A stretch of 63,897 nucleotides of DNA, counting the filler, from Octopus bimaculoides (lineage: Eukaryota): assembly GCF_001194135.2 (NCBI RefSeq). It is 5 parts of 5 records of this genome, joined end to end, with 100 filler letters (N's around TTAATTAATTAA, not from the genome) between each part and the next. Parts side by side here need not be neighbours in the genome. Positions count along the whole stretch, not along the records: positions 1 to 28,379 come from NC_068983.1; 4 more parts are not named here. One strand, given 5' to 3'. Under the pieces are notes generated by a model. The model made no database searches and was not told the DNA's origin. It saw only the letters and a program-made list of their open reading frames with translations. This document shows, piece by piece, positions 1-10,057 of the stretch; the first letter of the stretch is position 1, and each line of letters begins with the position of its first letter. A program made the translations under genes and the position numbers.

Positions 1-17
1 ATTATTATTATTATTAT

Positions 18-1412
18 ATGAAACCTCACAGCTTATTTTCCTGGATGTGATGGCAAGTATCAGCTGTCAAAAGCCAGCAGACTGATGTGACATTTGTTTA
101 CTGGTCATGCTTCAAGAACCCTGCGAAGACTTCTTGCAGTTCCAAGCAATGCTGATTCTTGTAGGTGTTCTACCTTTACACTCGCACCATGTTGTTACTT
201 GAGTGCTGATACTTCCAAGTGCACCAATTACTATTGGTAGCACGTCTAGTCTCTTTATTAACCACAACCCTCGTATTTTCCACTTTAGATCGTCATAGTT
301 GTTTGTTTTTTCTTCTTTCTTCACATCGATCCGTTGTCACCGGGGCATGCTATGTCGATAACCATACATGTTCTTTATTTTTTATTCACCACAACAATGT
401 CCGGTTTCCTATGTCTGGTCAGGTGATCACACTAGATCATCATCCAACAGAATCTTGCATTTTTCATTTTCGGTGACTTCTTCTGGGGTTTCCTCATACC
501 ACGCCTTTGCTCACCGAGCTCCCAATGGATTATTCTTGCCACATTATCATGGCGTCATTTGTATTTGCGTTGTTTCAATTTCGGACATTCACTAACGATG
601 TGTCATGCGCTGTTACCCCTCTCACCACACATTCTGCATTTGTCGCTATCGGTAGTGTTATCAGTTCTGCACATCATATCATTAGTCCTTAAAGCCTGTT
701 CCTGAGTTGCGCATTTGAATGCTTTTGCCTTTGTCTTCAGGTTACTCCTCCTCATCTATAGCCACCGGTCTTCTGTATCAGTCTTGGTGTTCACGTCTCT
801 TACAAACTAACCGTACATTTTCTTTTCCTTCCATGCTTTATTTATTATTTTTTTTTTTCATTTCTTGCTTAACTTTTTCTTAGCTTCAGAATTTTCAGTT
901 TCGATGATACCGACCTTCTTCGTGTGGTTCAACAGTGGCTCCACGCTGTTTTCCTCTTCTTCGATACAGTTCTGCCAACTGATCAAGCCTCTCCCACCCT
1001 TTCTTCTGGATAAGTACAGCCTATCGGTGTTACTCTTAGTGTGGAAAGCTCCGTGTACTTTCAACATCTTTTTGGTCTTGGTATCCATTTTCTTTATTTT
1101 TCTCCTTTGCTATTTTATCACTCCCGCTCCATATCGGTGATGTTATCACCCACGTATTAACTGCTTGGATTTTATTCCATCCAGTCAATTTTGAGTGCAG
1201 TACCAAACTCAGAGTTCGGAAATACTCCATCCTCAGTGGCTCATTTATTTCGTTTTGCAGTATTTCGTTATACTCTAGCACACCAATGTATTTGTATCCT
1301 TCCGTTTCAATTTGGTTAATCACGTCCTTTTTCAGTAATTCTATCCCTGCTAGGGACCGTACCATACCTCATTTTAGGTAGACTACTCCCCACTTCGTCC
1401 AAATTCCTATTA
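18..1412 (-). mobile_element. 5'-truncated, degenerate R4/Dong-like non-LTR retrotransposon (RT C-terminus, CCHC knuckle, restriction-like endonuclease, 3' UTR)
   Basis: Minus-strand translations with stops and frameshifts: GYKYIG and WNKIQAVNTW (RT end); HGAFHTKSNTDRLYLSRRKGGRGLIS; CRMC..HIVSEC (CCHC); RHRKPDIVVV..IDIACPGD (PD..D); LPIVIGALG; ALLGTARSLRRVLEA* ending at about 105. (AAT)n tail at 1-17 and (AAC)n flank at 1415-1445. Confidence 0.9.
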
Positions 1413-1604
1413 GTGTTGTTGTTGTTGTTGTTGCTGTTGTTGTTATTCTGGAAGACTAACGGCTAGTTCTTAATTACCAGTTATTCTTTACTTTAAAGCA
1501 GACAGTAACAAATCACGAAAATTGAGAGCCGGACAAAATGCCGCTAAGCATTTTGTCGTGTGAGCTAACGATTCAACCATCTTGCCACTCTTGATGTGAA
1601 TAAT

Positions 1605-1820
1605 ATTGATTTCAAATTTTGGCACAATACCAAAAATTTGGTGTGGTGGGAGTGACGAAGTCGATTACATCCACCTCAGTGTTCAACAGATATTTATTTT
1701 ATTAACCCTGAAAGGTAAAGTCGACCTCGGGTGAATTTGAATTCAGAACGTAGAAACGGACAAAATGCCGCTAAGCATCTTGCCCGGCGTGTTTAGCGAT
1801 TTTGCCAGCTCACCGCCTAT
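1605..1820 (-). mobile_element. tRNA-derived SINE, family B (a 5' fragment of the same family lies at about 1520-1590)
   Basis: Reverse complement of the 2106-2340 copy: GGCGGTGAGCTGGCA head, GAATTCAAATT B-box-like motif, GTCGAC-containing core. Confidence 0.8.
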
Positions 1821-2105
1821 TTAGTGTGAATAATATTAAGAATTGCTATTCATACCAAGAAAACAATGCTTACAACAGCGCTTGTATCAACGGAGGTAAA
1901 GCGCAATGAAAGAGTCACTCTACAAATGCATTCCTTCGCTGTTAGGGTGAAAGAAATCTCTGCGCTTCTGTTTTGCTTTGTTTGGAAATATCACCATCAG
2001 AGAATGGCCTCCTCTGCAAAAATTGGAAGATACTTGACAAGGCTACGGCTTATTCAGTGCAGTTTCTTGAACTTATTCATTGACTTAGCAGAAACATTTC
2101 TGCCA

Positions 2106-2340
2106 GCGGTGAGCTGGCAGAAGCGTTAGCGCGCCGGACGAAGTGCTTAGCGGTGTTTCGTCTGCCGTTACGTTCTGAGTTCAAATTCCGCCGAGATCGA
2201 CTTTGCGTTTCAGCATTTCGTGGTCGATAAATTAAGTACCAGTTACGCACTGGGGGCAATGTAATCGACTTAATCCCTTTGTCTGTCCTTGTTTGTCCCT
2301 TCTGTGTGTAGCCCCTTGTAGGCAGTAAAGAAATAAAAAA
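2106..2340 (+). mobile_element. tRNA-derived SINE, family B, near full length
   Basis: A-box-like GAGCTGGCAGAAG, B-box GAGTTCAAATTCC and A-rich tail. Homologous copies at 1605-1820, 43355-43650 and 48600-48765. Confidence 0.85.
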
Positions 2341-2657
2341 CATTTACTTTCATTCATCTGTCATTAATGAAGCTCACAATTTGCTAATTTTAGACCCATT
2401 GTTTTAAAATATTTCATAACGTTTACGGACATTTCACTGGATCTTCCAATGAACAAAGAATAATAACGATTCCCTATAACGTCAGAGTTCTTAAAATCAC
2501 AGAAGTCGATCAACTTTTCCATACGAATCTTCCATAAATGCGAGCCTAACATACAACGTTTTAATACAAATAATTAATGGTTTCAGTATCTGGTAAGTGC
2601 ATCTTCTTTTATTTAGTCACCGCTCTCCTCCTCTTTCTTTCTCTCTCTTTCTCTGCA

Positions 2658-2659
2658 CG

Positions 2660-2703
<44 letters not shown>

Positions 2704-2713
2704 AATATATATG

Positions 2714-2754
<41 letters not shown>

Positions 2755-2813
2755 ATGTATTTATGTATGCACGTTATGTATATGCATATATATATACATA
2801 TATATATACAGAC

Positions 2814-2844
<31 letters not shown>

Positions 2845-2860
2845 GAGAAAGAGAGAGACA
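2658..2860. repeat. compound (TA)n/(GA)n/(TG)n microsatellite, representative of dozens across the window
   Basis: Directly visible dinucleotide arrays; these generate the YIYI, CVCV and ERER ORFs. Confidence 0.95.
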
Positions 2861-3393
2861 GTAATACGATCACATGCTCATACGACTATTTTTGATTTTA
2901 TGTGTGTGAAACATTTGCTACTATTGTTTCTTGAAGAGAAAGGAGATATTTCCACTGTGGCCTGCATAATGTTTAATGGGAGAAAATCTCGGAAGATTGT
3001 TTAAATGTGACTTGAGTAATGACTCCTTTCCAAAACTCTTTCCCTCACCTCCCAGTCTTTCTCTCGTCCGGACACGCACGTACAGTTAATCCCGTTCTTT
3101 TCGAATCATACACTAATTCTTAACATATTTTATATCTTTTATATCCGATTTTCAAACACTGCATAATTGCTCACATACATAATATTTAACATTATATCCG
3201 AGCACACACATAAACATGTAAATATTAAAGCTAGGAATTCATTATATGCACAATCATGCCAGCACGAAGAATACATACTGTGAGCATTATACATCCACAT
3301 TTGTATATTTATAAATAGATAAATATGTTTGTTTGTGTGTATCTACATATGTCAGTTTGTATACATGTAATGTAGTGTATGTATGCATGCATG

Positions 3394-3427
<34 letters not shown>

Positions 3428-4083
3428 TGTATGCATGCCTATATCCGTGTATGTATGTATGTAAGTATGTATGTATAGATGAACAGAGTGTTATATCATA
3501 AATATAAACGTCAGCTATTGGACAATAAACGTGTCAATTGCAAATAAGAGAACAAAATGTACATAAGAAGAAATATTATATTTGCATGTTCACATATATG
3601 CACATACATTAATGTATTACTCGCAAATGGAAATATAAGTAGCAATACTTAGTGTATATGTCCTACATGAATAAGCAGTACATACACTTCTCCGCACATA
3701 TTCACACATATATACACAAGACACGCGTTTAGATCCACACACATGAATCACATATGCAAATGAACACGCATTTTCACAAGCGAATATAAATATATATTCT
3801 TAATATTTTCTCACGAGTGACATAGTGCAAGAGTGAGTTTGTTTATTATAAATTATACACGTATATCTTATAGATTATCTACTTCAGCCCATCTCTGTTT
3901 CGATACTTCTATCTAACATTCTATCTGTATATCAGTCTCCTTATCTATTTATAGAAATATACGCGTGTGTGTATGTTTGCCTGTTCGTCTAAATCTATCT
4001 GCCTGTCTGTCTAGCTAGTTTTGAATCTATCTATGTACATGTTCTGACAGTCTACCTATATCCGTGACCATTTTAATATTGCT

Positions 4084-4132
<49 letters not shown>

Positions 4133-4444
4133 TTACTCGTATATACATCCATAGAGGTAGATAGATTCATAGTATTGTTTTTATATATATACTCGGTTAA
4201 TCAGTGTTTTAGGTTACTTGTATGAATTAAAAAAAAAACAATTATTTCATCAAGAAAAAGCTGAATTTCAAAATGACTTAGAACAAATAATCTTGAAAAC
4301 GTTTTTGTAACACCAGTTCATCAATGGCTCCTTTAATATTGACATGCGCAAATTAGATGATCGTTATCAATTTTGGGCATAGTGCTGGTTATGGCAGACA
4401 TATATTGTATAGCGTTAGGGGGTTGATTCCCCCTCTCTCTCTCT

Positions 4445-4550
4445 AGACTATACTCCGTCTGTAACTGTCCAATGAATTGAGCTCTGGTGAGCTAGGTGGT
4501 CACGTATCTGGGAGAATATGATCATGGACAATGGCACGTATCCATGTTTG
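4445..4550 (-). mobile_element. Tc1/mariner-superfamily transposase fossil (catalytic WPPxSPDLNPLD region)
   Basis: Minus-strand frame QTWIRAIVHDHILPDT*PPSSPELNSLDSYRRSIV* matches the (W)PPxSPDLNPLDYxxWxxxE motif, with stops at the expected W and E positions. Confidence 0.6.
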
Positions 4551-6671
4551 GCTTGTCTTTATGTGTAAGTGTATAATGGGCCAGCTACTGTTATGTGCAA
4601 CCGATGATTTGATGTTGAATAGCAGGATGTATTTCTGTTGCTAATATTAGGATAATTTGTTTTTCATTTTGATGGCGTTTGCAGGAGATAGGACTATATA
4701 TATTTTTTTTTTTCTGAGGGAGGCAACAGTGTTGTCATTTACGAACTTCAGCTCCGTACAGTACCAAATTTGACGTGTTCATTATTTTCCACGCATTTTC
4801 TCGTATACATCAACGAATAACTTATGAATAGATCCACGAATGATCACTTCCGTGCATCACCCTGCATTTATCTGGAACCACCTGCACCCAGTAGCATTCA
4901 GATGTAACTTTGAAATATTCATAGTAAACCATGAACAGTTGCATAAAACACATTCTGCTATAGACATTGCAGATTTTATTTATTTGGTAACACATGTTCG
5001 CAATAATTTCACATATCAAGTAAATAATATACTGGAATGCTGCGTCCAAACCAGAACATTACAGCTTCTACACACACACACGCACATNNNNNNNNNNNNN
5101 NNNNNNNNNNNNNNTATATATATATATATATCCTGGATTGTATCTAAAATGTAGGCTATATCAACGATGGGTCTGCTCAAAATAATTCACACAATTTTTC
5201 TTTTCCGAAACATTGGTACCGTGGTATTACCGCTTCACCCGTATTTTTAATTACAGTGGTTCATGAGGAAAATTACTGCGTTAGTATCACGGGTCAAAGA
5301 ATGACTACAAAGCACAGGGTAATAGTCCCTTTATCCAAGCCAGAAAATAAAATTATAGACGCTATATTTTTACCTTATTCTTCATTTATAGATTAATCAA
5401 AATTGCAGCAATTCTCAATCATTTTCTTATTCAGTGAAGCCCCCTTTCATACTTTTATACATATATTTGTTCAGTAGTATCTTGGAATTGTATAAAATTA
5501 TTGTTTAATGTGAATTTGAATACAAATCTATTCTTCAACTATTTTGTGATCATAATGATGACAGTACTTCGTCAGCGCTGCGTGCTTATGAGTATCATAG
5601 CCATTATAATATCCCTTTTGGTTAAAGTGCTATAAAACGTTTGATTAAGTGTTTTGAAGAAACAGATGTTCTTTTTTTTTCATTTCATAAAAGCACGACC
5701 TTCACCTGAAGATGATACAATTTGCGTTGCCAAAGAATTTTCAGAGAAGGTAGAAAGTGAAGTTTCATAGGGCCATGCAAGCTCCTCATTAATTTCACAT
5801 GATACATGGATTCCGCTAGGAATTACTGCATGCCGTTTGAGAAATGCAGAGTTCCATAAAAGAGATAATTGAAGCAACAAGTGAATTTATTAAAGCTGAG
5901 CTCTACAATACGATTTATAATTCAGAAATGTCATGTTGACTGCGTGATAGGTGATAAAGGAGCATTGATTGAACACTTATTGTAATGTTGACATAAAACA
6001 AATTTTATATTTAAATTTTAGTAAATTATTATTTCTTCTTTGGAAAATATGCGTGATTATGCTATAAGGCGAATATTTCAAAACTGTAATCGCTTTGGTT
6101 AAACCTGTATGTGTATTTCTGAAATTATTCAGTGTGTGGTATAGTAGAAATCATACAACCCCTCTACTATAAGTAGTAATTGGATTCGCTATCATCTTCA
6201 CCATGAATATTTAATAGTATATTAAATGCTAAATAAAGTGATGTTAGCCTCAGGAATCAAGTTGCATTGCGCAACAGTAAACATTATTTGGTAGACGCTA
6301 AGGACATTCGTCTCTCCAGAGCACTTGAACTTACCCATGTTTGCAAGTTTTTTTCAGTAAGCATTAGACGAGCGTATAACTCATGAGGGGAATCACTGTC
6401 TTCTTGGGAAGTTTGTCAATTAAGCAGATAGAAGTGAGGTTTCTTGCATAATTTATTCCGCACTTATCTCCAAGAATTATCCCTACAATCTGCATAGTGC
6501 GTCTTGCTCTCGGATCTGGAAGATGTGTACGCTGAAATTCGTTTACTGTCGCTGGTGCACTCTCTGATTTACTTCAATTAGAATAATACCTTTGTTTATA
6601 CGCTCTTTGACTACTGCGGTAATCCATGCATTAAATGTTGAGCGAGTGAAATATCAAGTTAATATTGTTGG

Positions 6672-6870
6672 TACTCCGTCGCTTACGACTTCGAGGGTTC
6701 CAGTTGATCCGATCAACGGAACAGCCTGCTCGTGAAATTAACGTGCAAGTGACTGAGTACTTCACAGACACGTTGTACCCTTAACGTAGTTCTCGGGGAT
6801 ATTCAGCGTGACACAGTGTGACAAGGCTGGCTCTTTGAATTACAGGCACAACAGAAACAGGAAGTAAGAT
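6672..6870 (+). mobile_element. 3' part of a cephalopod-type SINE
   Basis: GC-richer block GTTCCAGTTGATCCGATCAACGGAACAGCCTGCTCGTGAAATTAACGTGCAAGT...ACAGAAACAGGAAG recognised as a common octopus interspersed repeat; single copy in this window. Confidence 0.55.
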
Positions 6871-9383
6871 AAAACAGCTGATCCCATTCTTCTCTCGAAT
6901 GAGCCTATATTTCAAATTAATTTATTACTGCCAATTCTTTATATAAGTTTTAAAACACTTAGAAAAAATAATTTAGTCTATATGCTTACCAACTCAGTAT
7001 ATGTATTCTTCCATACACCCACCATCAATATAATTTATATTGTTTTTATATATATCCACATATATATCTATTTATATATACACACATATATGCTTCTTAC
7101 TCATATTCTTACTTTATTAATAGATGTTGGTTTGAAAGTCTAACCCACATGCAATGTAGTTTGTATAATTTTATATATTTACATTTGTATCTATACACAC
7201 ATGTGTGTATATAAAACAGCACAGACACATACCCATCTATACATGTACATATACGTACTTCTTACATTATTACTATTATAGAGCCAGAAAAGAAATATTA
7301 TAATAAAGTATAATTACTATTTCTAAAGACAGAAATAAAAGAAAGTAAAATAAAGTATAAATGTTTTGTGCATATATCTAGTGTATATGTACATATGAAC
7401 AGTTCATACAATCTAATTGTTTATTAAAAACAGCAATTGTTAATGCAGTATGATACAATGAAATAGAAATATATTATACGGACGTATGAGTAAAATAAAT
7501 TCTATTTTACTCATAATTTACAATGACAATAACTGGTTTTGAACCTGAAACAAGTGTTGGGTCGAAACTGTCAGCACACGAAAGAAAAGCGAAAATTAAA
7601 AGGTTGTGTCAGCTGCAAGAGAGCAATTATCTTAGTAGCTAGCGATGTTGCATTCTAGATTTGTTTGGCAGCGGATTATATTTATATTATTGATATTAAG
7701 ATTAATTCGGCAACAATTTCTCTCTACTCTTTATCGTAGTTCATCTTTATTATTTCTAAATGTTTAAAATTAACACAAACTGGCATCGCGTGGGATAATT
7801 TAGTGTTACGAAATTTTACAATTAAAATGGCGCTTTTTAATATCCTTTTCATTTGCATGGAAATATCCACTCTATAAAAAAAAACGTTAAAAACCTGAGA
7901 GAAAAGAATGACACACGAGATTAATCTCCCATTAACGGTACGGTGATAACAAATATAAGGTTAAGAAGAAACTCTATAGAAACCCTTACTGAAACACGCG
8001 ATTGCTCTTTCAACACATTAGACGAGAGGTTGAAAGTTTACCAAAGAGTAGTTTATTCTAGTTTTGTGATTAAATTTTGCCACCAAGCAGATTTCCAAAT
8101 TGAGGTCATGAATGAAGTAAATATAATATCCATGATATTTACTGTACTACAGTTACTGTAAACGAAAATTTCTCAGTAAATCATAGAATATTGCAATACT
8201 TAATTTTATCATTATATTAGTTGTATTGAATAGTTTCAATGAAAACTCTTCCTCAAGGAATACAAAATTATTATTATGATAGATAATACCTGGGCTTCTT
8301 ATCCACGTTCCCAAACCACATTTACTGATATTTTATGTATACGTTTGGTATGTGTATGTTTATCTGTCTGTCTGTCTGTCTTGCTATGTATGTGAGCTTG
8401 CGTGAAATGTCAGCTCATCTAAGCTAGCGTTAATTTTTTTTAACAAATCCTCTATCCATTATCTTTATATCTATTGCATGTAAATATTTCAGACACTTTT
8501 TTTAGTGAAGTGTTTGGTGTAATTTAAGTGCACTTTTTTTCACTTTCGTTAAGTGTTTCTAAAACATGATGTACATCCGGATAGGTTGTCCCAATGAAAG
8601 TATGACGGTTAACTTAAGTAATACAGTAGTACGTCAACCTTTATGCGACAGGTTATGTACAGATTATTGGACGGAGAATATATCGTTATTCAAAGAAATG
8701 TGTTGATCATGAATAGTCAAGATCAAAAGCAGGAAAAAATTGTTCATGCTGGTTTTTGTTGGATAACAGTACGCTTACCACAATCAAGATTTTAATATTT
8801 AAAAAATGGGTATCCAGTTGTATTCAAACTGCATACGAATTTTTCGATCTTTTCATTCATCTTTCTTCTGCAATACGTCACTGATTTACGTAAACATTGG
8901 CTATTTAATACTTACATTTCATATACTAAGAACATCTGACATGCCAACAAGTGGGCAATATTGAATTAGATATCATTTGATTAAATTATCAAAGATGATT
9001 TTGTGTTTATATAGTTATAACAACATATTGGGATTATAACATAATGTATTATTAGGCTGTGTTTTGGAGATGAAATATTTCCTTTAATACGTACACGTGC
9101 ATCATTTTCCGATTGATTTCTATGAACTAGAAGACTAGGTTACTAACACGTGTACATATGATGCAACATATTCAGATTATTTGATTGTATATTACTGTAT
9201 TTGTGTCACTCAAGAAAAATGCTTGCAACTCAAAAAAAACATGACGAAATCAAAATGTGAATGGAAATGAGAACTAGCATTGTGGCACAGTTCTATATTT
9301 AAGAGATGCGGAATTATGTACATTATTTACATTATTTACATTCGATGGATATTTGTCTTCATCTTATTTGGTGTCAGCCCACA

Positions 9384-9457
9384 GGCATATGACGTAGTGG
9401 TTAAGAGCGCGGGCTACTAATCCCAAGATTCCGAGTTTAATTTCAAGCAGTGACCTG
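9384..9457 (+). mobile_element. tRNA-like SINE head (Pol III A and B boxes)
   Basis: A box TGACGTAGTGG (9390-9400), anticodon-like arm GGG-CTACTAA-TCCC, degenerate B box GAGTTTAATTT (9433-9443), then an (AAC/AAT/GAT)n tract. Confidence 0.7.
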
Positions 9458-9491
9458 AACAATAACAGCAACAACAACAGCAATAATAATA

Positions 9492-9523
<32 letters not shown>

Positions 9524-9550
9524 AATAATAATAATAATAATAATAATAAA

Positions 9551-9836
9551 ATAGAGATAACTCGAATGTGGAATCTAAAAACAGAAGCAATTCCTATCAT
9601 AGTAGGTGCCTTAGGTATAATAAAAAAATATTCAGACAAATACATAACAAAAACACCAGGACTTACAAATATATATAACATACAGAAAATTGCACTACTG
9701 GGTACTGCACACATTCTACGCAAAACACTTTCAATACAGTAAACATAAGAGCACCACAGCAAACCACAGCACATACCCAAGGCGCACAGAGCTGCGCTCG
9801 GTAGTGAAGTGAAAGTACGTTATAAAAATAAAACTA

Positions 9837-9919
<83 letters not shown>

Positions 9920-9960
9920 CAACAACAACAACAACAACAACAATAATAATAATAATAATA
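9551..9960 (+). mobile_element. 3' end of an R4/Dong-like LINE (last 63 codons, 3' UTR, (AAT)n tail)
   Basis: Open frame IEITRMWNLKTEAIPIIVGALGIIKKYSDKYITKTPGLTNIYNIQKIALLGTAHILRKTLSIQ* (9551-9742); (AAT)n on both sides. Confidence 0.9.
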
Positions 9961-10011
9961 ACATCGAAAAATACCTTAAGCTTGAGAACCCAGGGTCGAA
10001 ATTTCCCCCAA

Positions 10012-10057
10012 GACACCTGAAGAAGGCTGGAGGGTGTATCAGCCGAAACGTTGTGTT
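10012..10057 (+). ncRNA. minimal type I hammerhead ribozyme motif
   Basis: Stem I GACAC/GTGTT; core CTGAAGA (10017-10023) plus one extra A; stem II GGCTG/CAGCC; GAAA (10045-10048); helix III reduced to the palindrome ACGT; GTT cleavage triplet with predicted cut after 10052. Confidence 0.75.

Noticed and set aside
6400-6560. Minus-strand peptide RARRTMQIVGIILG resembling GPCR TM6
   Set aside because: No following CWxPF motif and no usable splice sites.
7485-7515. 13-bp inverted repeat TATGAGTAAAATA/TATTTTACTCATA
   Set aside because: Very AT-rich and isolated; expected occasionally by chance or local template switching.
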